Assembly: GCA_028534125.1 (NCBI GenBank)
Contig: CM052817.1
Location: forward strand, 68,202,001 to 68,266,000
Length of the DNA: 64,000 bases
Direction: 5' to 3'
DNA from: Lama glama
Taxonomy: Eukaryota
The notes under the pieces were generated by a model. It was not told the origin of the DNA, did no database searches, and saw nothing but the letters and a program-made list of their open reading frames with translations. Of this stretch, positions 1 through 13,677 are shown piece by piece (within the stretch, counting starts at the first letter, position 1; each line of letters opens with the position of its first letter). Both the position numbers and the translations under genes were made by a program.

Positions 1-487
1 TGTGGTAATGTAATAGGCCAAAAATAGAATTATATTGTTTTAATTTTTATTAAAAATGATCTTGAGCATTTTCATGTATGTTTAATCATTAGTATTTCAC
101 CTCTAATGATTTATCTTTTTTATTGGTTGTTCACTTTTATTGAGATGTTTATCTTTTTCTAATAGATTGATAAGGACTCTTGAATTAGCAAGTGTATTAG
201 CCTTTTTTTCTGTCTTATGTGCTGTAAATAATCTTTCCAGCTTATCGTTTGACTTTTAACATAGTATATAGTGGCTTCCGTTTTTGTTTTTACCTGTACA
301 GTTTTACAGAGCTAAATTTTAAAATAGAGTTATCACTTTTTTTCTCCTGTACCATTTGGATTTTGTGTCTCACTTAGAAACTCCAAGTTTGTTTTTTTAA
401 CTGACACTAAATAGTTCATTTTTTCCCATTGTGTCTGAATGTCATATTAACCATGTACTTAATTTGCACACATATTTGTATTTATTT

Positions 488-634
488 TTTTTTTTAATTT
501 TTTTCTTTTGGGGGGGAGGTGATTAGGTTTATTATTTACTTATTCATTATTTATTTTTAATAGAGGTACTGGGGATTGAAACCAGGATCTTGTGCATGCT
601 AAGCAGGCACTCTACCACTGAGCTATACCTGCCC
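488..634 (-). mobile_element. tRNA-Ala-derived SINE (Vic-1-like, camelid)
   Basis: Reverse complement reads GGGCAGGTATAGCTCAGTGGTAGAGTGCCTGCTTAGCATGCACAAGATCCTGGTTTCAATCCCCAGTACCTC plus A-rich tail; TSD ttgtatttattt / ttgtgtttattt. Confidence 0.85.
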
Positions 635-3600
635 TTGTGTTTATTTCCTGATTTTCTATTTTGTGCTTCTCATTTGTCCCTATATGTAGGGACCCATACC
701 AAACTGCTTTCATTTTATTAGCTTTATATTTTAATATCAAGTATAACTAATCTCAGCCCAGTACTCTTCCCTTCCAGGATTTTCTTGAATATTCTTGCAT
801 GTTCCCTTCTTTAAAAACTTTCTCTTTTGTTAAAATTAAATCTACCCATGGTTTAAAAAGCTAAACAGTTCTACAGGATTTAAGATAGTGGTCCCCTCTT
901 CTACCTGCCCCTCAATGGTCCTCACCAGAACACAAGCATTTTCACAACTTTTAGTTGACTATTTTGGCATTTATCTTCATGACTCTAAAAACATGTTTGG
1001 TTTTCCCTTTTTAGATATTATGTACTGACTTTCCTCTATGGAAGACAATAATTTATCTTTCTTCCCTACCCGATCTCCACCACACACACACACACACCCT
1101 TCCCACCTCTCCATTCTCCCCATGTAGTTACAATGTAATTTAGACTAGAGCAATAATCAGTGTTTGAATGATTATACCTGAGTAAATTTCTTTTCAGAGC
1201 TAAACCTTGGAATAAACTGATTACTTGTTTTTCTGGGAGTTAACTATTGTCTTTTTTTTCCTCTTAGTTTTCTTTGTGCTAAGCATTAATGCTGAACTCA
1301 CAGTCATCTTCAAGACAACCAGATGAATTTTGTATGCTATCAATTTCATCTCCCCCAAAAAAGCCTCTCCCAGAGCCTTCTGATCAGTTGTGTTTGGACT
1401 GGTGACAGTGGGCATAACTGTCTTTTAGGAACTCCCCTCCCATCATCTGAAGTTTCTCTTTATGTCTTTCCTATTTTTAGTAGAGAGCATCCTTCAGTAA
1501 TTTCCTCTATTTAGCAAAGAATGCATGGAAAGTAAAATTTTAAGAACTTTTATATCCAAAATACATTTTATCCTCACACTTGATTTATATACTGTTTGAT
1601 TTGGTATAGAATTGTAAATTGAAAATCATTCATCTTCAGAATATAAAGATAATTCCTTGTCATTTCTAGCCTTCAGTTTTGCTACAAGAAATTGAAAGGT
1701 TTTTCTGATTCCTAATCATTTATTTGTTCCTGTTTAGTTTATATGTTTCTCTAAAGAACTGTAGGCTTTTCTCTTTGTCCCCAGTAACCTGAAATTTCAT
1801 GAATTCCAAGGTGTGAGTTTATTTCATCCGTTGTGCTGTGTACTGAGAGAGTTGTTTCAACCTGCTAACTCATGTTCTTTTCTTGAATTATGTCATTGAA
1901 CATTTCCTCCCTGTATGTACTCTGTTCTCTCTGGGACTCTTACTTTGATATTGAACTTCCTACACCAGTCCTCTAATTTTCTCATATTTTTCCTTCCTTT
2001 TTAAAAAATCCCTTTGTTCTGCTCTTCTCGCTGGAAATTCCTAAGCATTTTCTCCATCACTTGTGAGTTTTTATTTCTATTTTAATTTCCAAGAACTCTT
2101 TCTTAGTCCATTAAATTATCTCCCTTATTTGTATCCCTAAAAATTATGCTGTTTCCTAAACAGGTTTTCAACTCATCCTTATTCTAATCCCCATATTCCT
2201 CTCTCTTCACTTCCATAAGTTCTTAAGAACTCTAGTTAATGAACCTTTCTAGGAGTGATTAAATTATTGCTTCTCCATATTACTGGCTCTTTCTGGTGTG
2301 CTATATAAATTACCATTCATTCATCCCCTCTAAATCATTTAAAATTTGTTGGTAGTTCTGTATTTATTTTCAAAGCTATTTTTAAATTGTGACAAATTTT
2401 ATTTATTATTTATGTAGCAATATACAGTTTTATCTGAAATTGACTTCAGGTGTTTTAAAAGGAGAATAAATTGAAAAAATTTCAATTAGTATATTAGTAT
2501 AGACAGTTTGTAGCTTCTCAAAAAATATATATATATATTGAATTTAGGATACTTGTGTCCATAAAATAGAGGAAATTCAAAGTAATATGATCAATAGTTG
2601 CATTAGTTTTTCTTTCTCTCATTTCCTCCCTCTACTTAAGAAACATAGATGTACCTCAGCCTTAAATATCTGTTTCTTTTCCTGTTTTCATCATAGTTTT
2701 TGTATTGTTTCAATATTATTTTTTAATTTTCATTGTGCAATTGTTTCCTTGTATTTGATGTAAAACTCTGTAGCAAAACTGGATGCTGCTAAAACAAAGA
2801 CAGCTGTGTTTACTTGAATTTGTAACATCCCAGTAATAATTTGTGATGAGATTAGTGTAACTACTTTTGGTACTAAATACTTCCCAAAGTATTCATGATA
2901 AGACAGAGGAAACAAAATTGTAAGTTAATAACTACCTTAGTGTTCAGCATAACATATTGGTTACTTTCTGTGGGGGAGGCATGTGATAACTGGCTGATTG
3001 GCTGAGCGGGGTTATATCCCATAGAAGGCTCCTCTGCCTTGCACAATCGTCAGAACTCAGTTTTACTGGGAGAGATCAGATGAGGGGAGCTTTGTGGCAC
3101 TGAATGCCTGGAGTGGCTTTATCTGGTAACACAGCCTCTATCTTTCCTACTATACTGTTTGTCTTTGTGATGCAGATGCCAGAACATCGTTGTTCATGAC
3201 TTGGGCAACTGTCCAAAGTGCAGATGAAGACAAAGGTGTCTGGGAGATTTCTCATTTTTGAGAAAGCTTTTTTAATATTTGCATTTGTGATGCTTTTAAG
3301 AGAAAGTCATCATTTATAATTGTTATTATTATCATTTAAAATCTAAAAGGGAGAGAACAGATGCCAAACAGTGATACAAAAAGAAGTAATGATAATATCT
3401 GGACACAACTCAAGGGCCTAGGGTGGTTTTTTGACAAATCTTGATAAGCGAGAAAGGAGAGCAGCTCAAAGATACAAGTATATTCTTTAATCTGCGGGGG
3501 GTTTTTTTGTAATAAAAAATAAAAAATATGTATATAATAATAGGCCACACTGATAAAATATCTCATTAAAACTGAATTTTGGTTAACTGAATTGTTTGAT

Positions 3601-5673
3601 TATATTAACATTTTGATAATATTTTTCAGTGATTCTTAGACGATTAAAGAAACTAATATTTGGTGACAGTCAAAAGAAAATTCAGAAGAAATTCTGATCA
3701 TATTCGTATGAGTAATATGATTTCTTCTAGTCAAGTTAATACTTTTCATATTCCTAACTTGTTTTTTTAAGGGAATTTTTTCTACTTAAATGTCTAAACT
3801 GTTGTATTGTTGAAGAATTTCTGTTTAAGATATATAAGGATGTGGTCCTTCATATTCAAATGTTCTGCTATTGATACACCATCAGTTAGAAAACATGGTT
3901 TTAGTCATTATTTTTTAGTATTCATAATAGATTTACATTTTTTCCCCATCCACTTGACCCAGTCTCTCAGAAACCAGTGACATCTCTCTCTCCCTCTCTC
4001 CCTTGTTTCTTCCTTGCCACCCTGTCTCCTTACCTCCCTTCCTCCTCTCCTTAGCAGATTTGGTGCAGATGGGTAGGAAGTACAAGATAAATCGTATTAA
4101 AACAACTCTTTACTCCCTTGTAAACCTTTAATATTTATTTTGGCTTTCCTTTTAAAAATGTTGCCTTTTGGTTTGCTTCAGTCTTTGTCTATATTATTAT
4201 GGTATTATCATTTTCTCAGCATGTAAATAAAATTCCTCATTTATTCAGGACCATTGTACATTTTTTGTTGAAAAAAATTCAATGTAAAATAACAGCACAT
4301 TACAGAAAATCTGAGAAGACTATCACTTCAATCTGCAAGTATTCATTGAGAGAATATGTGTCATGCCAGAGATATACTGGTGACAGAGAAATTGAACATA
4401 AACTGGTAAACAGAGATACAAGATGATTTCAGATAGTGATAAGTGCTATAATGAAAATTAAATGGGCACATGTGACAGAGTGGTGTGTGTGTGCGTCTGC
4501 ACATGTGTGCTTACACGTGATAGTCACAGTTCCTTAGTTTCTCAGTTATCAAATGAAGAGTTCAAATAGATGGTCTCTAGAATGCCTTCAGATCTTTTCC
4601 AAGAATGCAACTTCTCTAATTTTGTTCAACGGCTTTAGATCCATTTCACTATTACAATTATGTGATCTGTTTTCTACCCATATTAGTACTTGAAAAATAA
4701 TAATTGAAGAATGAAAAATCCACCTATTGGGATTTCAAACGTGTCTGTATTTTCTATCTTCTAAATAAAAACCTAAAGGAAAACACATGAGTGTATCTGT
4801 CCACTCGAAGGGACTCAAAGCGCAATTTTCATCCATGTTCCATGTACCGTATCTCTTTATTTGCCTCTTTGCATAAAGAGGCTTTTAGAAACCACTGTTT
4901 TCTGGCTAAAAAAAAAAATGAGTACAGTGGTTTGGACAATGGTATGACTAAGCTTTTAGCTTTTTCATTTACTGTGAGCTGCTTGGCCAGTTGCAATGGA
5001 TCTAGTCCCATCTCAGAATCTCCTAAAAGAAGAATCAGGAATGAGCGTTCACTTTTGAAGATCTGTTGGCTGAGAATTATTCCACATGGAAAGTCACAGA
5101 AAGTCATCGTGTGATAGCAATGATTAGTGATAGTGATGGTATTAATAATATTTAGAGAACTATTGCATGTATTATAAACCTCTTTTGGAAACCATGGTAG
5201 AACCTCTGAAACATTATAAATTCAAGTTTTCAATTTGGTAGAAGAAAGAGGACAAATCATCTGTTTAGATTTTTAAATAATGACTTTATTTTCCTCACTT
5301 AATATTCACAAAAATACCATCAAGAAAATATATTTTTCTTGGTTGGCAGTCTGAAATTATTTCTCACTCTTATTATAAAGGCTGTTATTTTAAAAAATCT
5401 AAGTGGAACATGGATGGAAATCTTCACCCTTTCAGGTGGAGAAATATACTTTGTGTTCTTTTAAATTTCCTTCAGTAGTAGGACCTTTCAGCCTTGCTTC
5501 TTTCTGTCATCCATTGCTCTCACTTTCATTTAGAAATTGAACATAGCCAAATGGAAGAGGGGAGAGGTGAAAAACAGTTCTAGGATTAATCAATCATAAA
5601 AATAACCACAAAAATAAAAAGGAGTTAATAAGACAAATGTGTGTACAACTGATATTATTTCTCTCTATCGCAG

Positions 5674-5873
5674 AGGCAAGCCAAACTTACTGGACGTGGG
5701 CTCTTTAATGATCAAACCAATTCAGCGTGTGATGAAGTACCCCCTATTACTGTGCGAACTCCGGAACTCCACCCCTCCCTCCCACCCAGACTTCAGAGCA
5801 CTGGAGGATGCCTTTGCTGCGGTGAAAGACATTAACGTAAACATTAATGAACTTAAAAGACGGAAAGATCTAG
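5674..5873 (+). CDS. ARHGEF38: ARHGEF38 coding exon (first in window; C-terminal part of DH/RhoGEF domain)
   Basis: ctctctatcgcag|A acceptor and CTAG|gtaaga donor; 200 nt; encodes GKPNLLDVGSLMIKPIQRVMKYPLLLCELRNSTPPSHPDF...INELKRRKDL, containing the DH signature IKPIQR..KYPLLL. Confidence 0.95.
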
Positions 5874-6799
5874 GTAAGACGAGATGTGGTAAATCGGGTG
5901 TTTTCCATGGTTGGAGGATTCTGCTTATGTTTCTGAGAACCGGAATGTCTCAGGAGCTACAGCGGTTGTCGTGCTCATGAGCATTTGATACCTAGAGTTG
6001 GAGGCTAGGGAGGAGAGGGTGGTTTTGCCTTGCCAGCCAGGATCTGGAGAAGATCATGAGGCATCAAAAAAAAAATGACCACTTTTTATCAAACAGCCCT
6101 ATGCTCAACCTCTTGTGACCACTGTGTGCTTAGTGATGTATTGTGGGCTGAAGAAACCCACAGCACCTGTCACTGGTGTTTTGTCTAGTAGGAAGGAGGC
6201 CTGGCCTGGCCAGGGTGCTGGGAGCAGTGAAAAGCTAGAGCTGAAAAGCGGTGGTGAGAAGGGCAGAGCCAGGTGAGGGGCCCAGCTAACACATCAGGCT
6301 CCTTTGGTTCTGGAACACAAAGAACAGGTATTTGGGGGCAATAATTACTCCAGTGAAGGGACCAAATATATTTCTTTCTCAAATCAACAAATTACTCATA
6401 AGTATTTGTAAGCTAAGACATAAAATTCACCTCTAAAGTAGAATATAGATTTCAAAACAGGAGGCAGAATGAGATGGTTCCTACCATCCCAGGTGTAATG
6501 AATTGGGATAGATCGTGGGTCCTCTCTCAGTGTGATTGGTGTCCATATATTCTTTTATTTTTAATTTAGTGAAACCAAATATTTAATATATTTCAAATAT
6601 AGAAATTTTAAAATGTTACAACACAAAAAAGAAAATTTATAAAAATACAAACATTAAATACAATTGTTGCACATTCTTAATTGGCTTTGTACTTCTAATG
6701 TTAAATCTCAGTTCAACATTAAAGCAATGGTAGGACTGTGGGGCTAATTGGTCCAACTCCTTCATTTATTTTTGTTGTTTTTAATTTTCTAAATTTTTA

Positions 6800-7810
6800 T
6801 TTAAAGTAGTATGTATTTGTATTAATAAATTATAACTATAAAGAAGAAAACAGAGCAAAAAGTGAAAGTTGTAGAGTAAAAGATATCATAAACAAAATGA
6901 AAAGGTACCCCACAAAGGATTATCATCTAGACTATATGATTATTCATATTAAATCAACAATACAAACATTCTAATATGAAAAAGGTTAATAATAAAATGA
7001 GCAATTCACAGAAAGGCCAAGAAGTTTCTAAATGCTAAACTTCACTGATAATTAGGGAAATGCAAATTTAAATCACGACATAGTGTTCCCAACCTACCAG
7101 ATTGGCAATAAGATTTTTAATGGATAATGTTAAGTGCTGAATCTCAATTTGCAGGTGAGAATGTAAATTGGAATTATCACTTTGGAGAACAGTGTGACAA
7201 TACCTAGTAAAATTAAAGATACACACACGTAAGACACAGAAAATCAGGTTCTGGATATTTAGGAAACTGGCTCATAAGCTCATAGAAAGGTACACTAGGA
7301 ACTAGCATTGTTTGTAATAGCAAAAGAAAAAAAGGGAAAAAAAGAGAAAGAAACAAGCAAACAAAGAAAATGCAGACTGACTGACATATTGATCCAGATA
7401 ACGGATAAACTATATGATACACTATGAAACCAGACGAACATAAAATTAATGAAAGTACATTTATCAACTGGATAAATCTCAAAAACACAATGTTGAGTTT
7501 TTAAAAAAGTATATTAGAAAGTGGCAGAAAATGTATGCAATATGGTACCATTTTTATAAAGATTGAAAACATTTGAAATGATACCACGTATTGTATGACA
7601 ACATACGTACAGAGTAAAGGCCTGAAAATAGATACAGGAATAATAAACCACATCATTTAGGATCACAGTTCCCTTTAGGGGTCAAAGGCGGGAATCAGAG
7701 AAGCTTCAACTGTTATGTGATATTTTTTAAAACAGAAAGATTAGAAACAAGGCAAAATAAGATTTGACAAAGCTGGGAGATGGATAATAGCTGTTATATT
7801 ATTTTAACTT
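6800..7810 (+). mobile_element. Old L1M-type fragment
   Basis: Recognisable L1 3' motifs (aattagggaaatgcaaatttaaa, aatgtaaattgg...actttggagaac, ggataaatctcaaaaacacaatgttgag); boundaries approximate. Confidence 0.65.
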
Positions 7811-8896
7811 TCCTGTTTGCTTAAACTTCAAATTTCTGTTTGCTTAAACTTTAAATTTCAAAGTTTTAAAGAACAAAATTTTTCTATTCCCATGATTCCC
7901 ATTTGCAAAGGCAACATTTTAGTAAGTTTTCTTTGGAGTTTCTGTCTCTTTTTCTACTTCCTTTCTTCTCTTTTCCTTCTTCCCTTCCTTCTGCCCCATG
8001 GATGGTACTACAGTTTGCTGGGGCTTTTTAAAAATTTAATCATATATCATGAACATTTTTCAAGTTAATATCACCTTCTTTTTAATGGTTCCATAGTATT
8101 CCATTCATGAGCATCATAATTTATTAAACTATACCTTTATGGATAAACTTTTAGATTGTTTCCAACACTCGGCTGTTAGAAAAAATGTTACAGCAAACAA
8201 AACCCTGAATGCTTGATTATGGAAAGCAGATTTCTACACATGGACCGCCGGACATACACTATAAATATTTTCATTTTTATAAGATTCTGCCAAATTGTCC
8301 CCTACAAAAACTCTATTGGTTTACTCCTTGTTAACAGTGTATAAGAATGTCCCTCCCTCCACACTCTTACCAAAACCGAATGTTAGGAATATTTAACATT
8401 TTGAATTATACGAGAGGTGAAAATATTTTTAAAATTAAAAAAGTAAAACTCAGAGAGGTGACTGAACTCACCCCAAATCTCTCAGCCAGCGAAGACCAAC
8501 GTAGGATGGACGTGAAGTCTCCTTATGTCAGATGCAGTTGTTTTTTCATGAGTTAGGTCTTGATGTGTCACTCTAGGGACCCCAGATAGCATGTGTATCA
8601 CCTGAGAGAGAGAGAAGGGGCTTTTTTCCAGTATCAGGGATTTCCTTAATGTGGGAGGTTAATGAACCTCGGCCTTTGAGGAGCTCACGCCCTTCGACAG
8701 CGGAGTTTCTGAAGGTCAGAGGGGTAGGCGGCTGGAGCCATGACTGCATGGGGTTGGAGCATATGCATCTGCAACAAAGGGCCAAAAATACAGATTTTTA
8801 AATCAAATGTAAATATGAATCTTGAGTACTTTATATGAAATACACATTTTCTACAGTGCACCTATTCAAAGATGTTATTGCATTCTTCCATTTCAG

Positions 8897-9030
8897 TTCT
8901 AAAATACAAGAAGAATGATGAGGATGAATCACTTAAAGATAAATTGTCAAAACTAAATATTCATTCAATTAGCAAGAAATCAAAAAGAGTGACAAACCAT
9001 CTGAAGATTCTGACCAGAGGAGAATCACAG
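8897..9030 (+). CDS. ARHGEF38: ARHGEF38 coding exon (DH-BAR linker)
   Basis: tttcag|TT acceptor, CAG|gtaatt donor; 134 nt; phase fits previous exon; VLKYKKNDEDESLKDKLSKLNIHSISKKSKRVTNHLKILTRGESQ. Confidence 0.95.
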
Positions 9031-10559
9031 GTAATTTTTCTTCCTGGGCCACACACACATTCCTGGGGAACATGAATGCTGGTATTTTTGTGAGGTTTTG
9101 TTTTGTTGTTATCAGAGCTGTTTCTAGTACACATTGAGAATCAAGGTGATTGCCCAGTGCTGTTACCTTCTCTCTCTGTCTCTCTCTCTCCCTTTGGGGG
9201 GATATGGAGTGGGGATGTTTTTGACACTTTCTTATCTGTGGTGCTTCTGTTCAGGAAGAGGACAAAGGAGAGACAAAGACATAAGGACAGAGCTCAACAA
9301 AGGATGCCCCAGGGGTCCTGACACTCACCATCAACTAGCATATCTCACCCAAGGCAATGCCTTCCTTTCATCCTTGTCTTGCTTCTGCCTTTAAAAAAAA
9401 AAAAAAACAACAACCAACCAAAACTCATTTCCTTTAACTCTCTTGATGTTCATCCTATATTTATTTCACCTATAAAAATAGTGTTTAGGCACTTACCTTA
9501 GTGTGACTTTTCCTATCTGTTCTCCCTTTCCTCCCCCAGATGTACATTATATTACTGGGTAACTGTTCTGTGCCAGCTGTTTAGCCTGGCTTGAGCCACT
9601 TTCTTCTCAACCCCTAATAAATAATGAGTGGGTTAGCAAAGGCCCTCCGACTTTCATGTGCCTAAGAATTACTTGAGGAGCTTGCTACAAGATTCCAGGG
9701 TTCCATCTGGAAGTCTGTATTTTCACAAAGACTCTGGGTGTTTTTAAGCTAATTGACCTGGAACTAAGTGATCAATGGAACACACTTTGAGAATCACAAG
9801 ATAGAAAGTTCATGGCCCAGGAGTAATACACTGGGCTGCTAACCAAAAGTAGACAGACCAGTTCTTAAGATACTAGGTAGTGCTTTCCCCCTCTTCTCAG
9901 CTGCCTGATTTCATCCTTTATTATGGGGCATCTCTAACAAAGTTTTCTTTTGAACAAGTGGCAACTGGTTCAGCATTGATTTTAGATGGCTTTTCTGATC
10001 TGCCACACTCTTTGGTTGCTGTGGTCTTTTTTCTTTTCAGTAAGTCTTTGCAGCTTTCAGACCACTAAGCTAGGAGTCATCTATTCCTCTCCTGAATGGC
10101 TAACACACTTACTAAATGCATCTCCATCTTGGCACCATTAATATTTGTATGAGTCAGCACAGAAATTAAAAGCAAAGTCTTTGAAGTCATTCAGAGCTGG
10201 CTTTGAACCTCACTTCTGCCACTTAATGTTTGTCTTTGGGCACATTAATTCAATGCAATCATCTGTAAATTGAGGACTACAGTAGGAACTAACACATAAA
10301 TTGGTTCTGAGGATTCAATGAGATGATGCATATAAAGTACTTAACATAATGTGTAAGCACGCAGTATACTGACTATCATCATCATTATTTTATATTGAAC
10401 ATAAAATATTATTATTTACCTTTTAATGTGCAGGCTTCTTACTTCCCAAGTGAATAAAAACTAATTTATGCATGATGTGTCAATCATATCTTTTACTTTC
10501 TGTACTTTTTGATGTTTTGACACTTAAAAAAGCTTGCTGGCCAGTGAAAGACAACCCTC

Positions 10560-11055
10560 ACAGGGCAAACTCATTCTTAGAGAGCGCCAAGGACTCAGCT
10601 GGGGTCACTTCTTTCATTTGCAAAACAACCAATCCTGAGTCTAAAGCCCCAGTGACCTCCTTATCTAACTCTCACACATGAAGCCAATATTCCTCTGCCC
10701 TCAGTCATCCCAAGGCCAACTAGAGACCACCTCTATAGTCCAAAGCCTGCTGGAATTACTCAAACAAGCTAGTCCTCAACTTTTTACCCTGCCCCAGCTG
10801 TTTCTATGGGGTTTTCCCCCAGCTTCCCATAGAAACTCCACATAAAGGTTTTGGCCTTGACTTTCCCCTTGCTCCTTTCTGCCAAATGACCCAAACTCAG
10901 TGATTCCCCTGTGGCCCTGCATGACATGCAGTGACCCTCCAAATCCCCCACCCCTCCAAGACCTGTGAGTATAGTCAGCTTCTTCCAAACCTCATTCTCT
11001 CTTCCTCTTGTGGCTGGACTGACTACCATATCCAGTATGGACATTCTTAGAACAC
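10560..11055 (+). mobile_element. ERVL-type solo LTR fragment (MER54/MER74-like)
   Basis: LTR-like motifs ttcccatagaaactccacataaagg...ctttccccttgctcc...gtggccctgcatg...ctgtgagta; family assignment from recall. Confidence 0.45.
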
Positions 11056-11253
11056 ATGGCTTGTGTCATTCTCATACTTACTTCTTTATATTCTTCTAGG
11101 GGTTCACGGGGTCCAATGTATAGAGGAGGTAACTCTAGGTCCCTGTTCTCAATGTAGTACTACAATGTGGGAAGTTTGGGACACATAGGATGTGTGGTCA
11201 TAAATCAGGAAAAGGAAAATCCAGACATTTCAACTAAAGACAGCCATAATAAA

Positions 11254-11750
11254 GCTGTGGTATATTTATACAATGGATTACCGCTCAGCCATAAAAAATA
11301 TTAAATAATGCCATTTGCAGTGACATGGATGGACCTGGAGATTGTCATTCTAAGTGAAGTAAGCCAGAAAGAGAAAGAAAAATACCATATGACACCACTT
11401 ATATGTAGAATCTTAAAAAAAAAAAAAAGACAAATGAACTTACTTACAAAACAGAAACAGACAGACATAGGAAACAAATTTATGGTTACCAGAGGGGAAA
11501 TGGGGTGAGAAGGGATAAATTGGGAGACTGAGATTTGCAGATACTAACTACTATACACAAAATAGATAAACAAGAAGTTTATACTGTATGGCACAAGGAA
11601 CTATATTCAACATCTTGTAGTAACTTATGGTGAAAAAGAATATGAAAACAAATATATGTATATTCTTACATGACTGAAATATTGTGCTGTACACCAGAAA
11701 TTGACACAACATTGTAACCTAATTATACTTCAATAAAAATATAAAAAAAT
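11254..11750 (+). mobile_element. 5'-truncated, relatively young LINE-1 3' end
   Basis: ORF2 C-terminal remnant MPFAVTWMDLEIVILSEVSQKEKEKYHM, L1 3' UTR, AATAAA and A tail; 18-bp TSD at 11236-11253 / 11751-11768. Confidence 0.9.
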
Positions 11751-12224
11751 AAAGACAGCTGTAATAAAATTGAATTGGGAATTCATTTGAGAAGAGACTG
11801 CAGTCTCCGTGGGCATGTGTAAATGCAGTGCAGACATTTCTCCTCTACTTTTGGGATCTTGCTTCTGACCCAAGATGATTTTATTGAGGAACAATAGGCA
11901 GGTCCTAATTCTAGGCAGGCTTTTGTATATACTGTTTCAGTCGTTAACGTATTTGCCATCAGCTTCTGATATTTCTCAGTTGTGAACTAAAAGCATGAAT
12001 TGTAGTTAAGGTTGCCTGAAGGGATGTTAATTAGATTTTCCCTTTAATCTTTTGAGAGGATGTCCTGTCAGCAATGAAGCATTTCACTGTTAATCAGAAA
12101 ATCAGCTCCACAGGCTGGCTGCAGAAAAGATAAATCTCAAATCAGTCAATTTTGCACTTCTCAGCAACTCAAGTGAAATAGTTGGTGGAGTTAGGGTATA
12201 AAACTATTACCCAAGAGGAAAATT

Positions 12225-13260
12225 CTATTCCATTCATCACACATGTATCGAACTCTTATGTACCTGACACTGCTAGAGATTGCAAATGCAAAGAGGTTCT
12301 AAATTCAGACAGCTTAGGTTGGAATCCTGGTCCTACCTATGAATGTGGGTAAGTTACTTTAACTTCTCATATTAGGGTAAAAGCCAAGCTTCTGTCATAA
12401 GGAGATTCCAAAGCGTAGTAGCTTAACTCAGGTGGTCTTTTATTTCTCTCTCTGATAATAGTCCAGGTGGGCTGTGCTGCACAAGATCTCTCAGGGACGC
12501 AGTTCTCCCCAGTTTTGTGCTGTCCCATTCCCTAAACACACTGTCTTTATCTGCCTCGTTGAAACTGGGTCACTGCCATGTCTTCACTCCAAGTCCCTAG
12601 GACAATATTACAAGACCAAGATTCAGAAATGAAACATGTCACTTTCACTCACATCCTGTTTGCCCAGATCCAGTTACAAGGGCAGAGACAGCTGCAAGGG
12701 AGTCTGGAAGGGGTAGTCTCTCTTGCGGGGCGGCTGTGTGTCCATCTTAAACCTGCATCTTAAGAGGTACAGTTTCTACTGGTAGACGGTCAATGGCAGG
12801 AATGTTCACGATCTCTGCCACACCTCCTGGAACTTGTTTTTTTTTTTTTTTAATCTCTAAAATGGGATTAATTGTAGCATCTACCCCATATAGGGTTGTG
12901 TAACAATAAAAATTAGAAAATGGAAGACAGGTTTTAGTACAAATGTCTGAAACATAGTGTTTAATAAATGTTAGCAATTATTATTATTAAGAAAAGATAC
13001 TTCATCTCCAATGCTTGCAATCCATCAGTGGAGAGACTCACTTAAATAATTAACTAGTGTTGTGAGAGCACACAGGAGGGTGAAATTAACTTTCTGGAGT
13101 GGAAAGAATAGAAATTAGAGGGAGGATTCATAGAAGGGGTGACAGTTGAGCAAGTCCTTAAAAAAAAAGCAAAAAACAGGATTTGGCAAGGCAGAAAAGG
13201 GACAGCAGCATATTCCACCAAAATAAAGCAGCATGGTGAGGCTTGGCAACAGAGAAGTAG
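12225..13260. mobile_element. Nested L2 / MIR / MaLR (MLT1-like) cluster
   Basis: L2 3' end (cattcatcacacatgtatcga...tgtacctgacactg) at ~12230; MIR 5' part ~12300-12368; MLT-like LTR ~12369-12821 ending ctgccaca; MIR 3' part ~12850-12988; L2 resumes after. Confidence 0.6.
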
Positions 13261-13623
13261 AACTCAACAATATTTCTCATAGTGTGATCCTTGAACTGCT
13301 TACTTTAGAATCATCTGAGTCCGAGCCAAGATACACAGAATAAAATAGATACGATGGGTCCTTGCATTTTAAAAAATTCGCTTCAGTGTATTGTTATATG
13401 CCTCCAACTGGGTCAGGGCACAGAGAGCCTAAGGCAGAGGGTGCTGAATTTTGTGTGTATTGCAAAGAATTATGTCCCCTGTTTAATGAAAAGCTTTCTA
13501 GATAAACAATATTAAGGGGTTTAAGATACTAAAATAAAATGTCACCATTTTCTATGCATTCAGTTCTGATTAACGAAAGTATGAACTGAGAACAGCTACG
13601 GTTATGACCCAGTACCAAGCGGA

Positions 13624-13677
13624 AGAACACACTTCATATTCCATAAAACAGAACACACTTCATATTCCATAAAACAG
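13624..13677. repeat. Perfect 26-bp tandem duplication
   Basis: agaacacacttcatattccataaaac twice, followed by ag. Confidence 0.95.

Noticed and set aside
4791..5114. Overlapping 107-aa and 92-aa ORFs on opposite strands
   Set aside because: No recognisable domain or convincing splice context; within chance expectation for 64 kb.
1..5670. Search for the short ARHGEF38 exon (recalled KIYMQE-like) that precedes the first exon found
   Set aside because: No convincing match with splice sites; it most likely lies upstream of the window, so its absence is not evidence of loss.
13624..13677. Direct repeats as a CRISPR-like array
   Set aside because: Only two adjacent copies with no spacer, in mammalian DNA.
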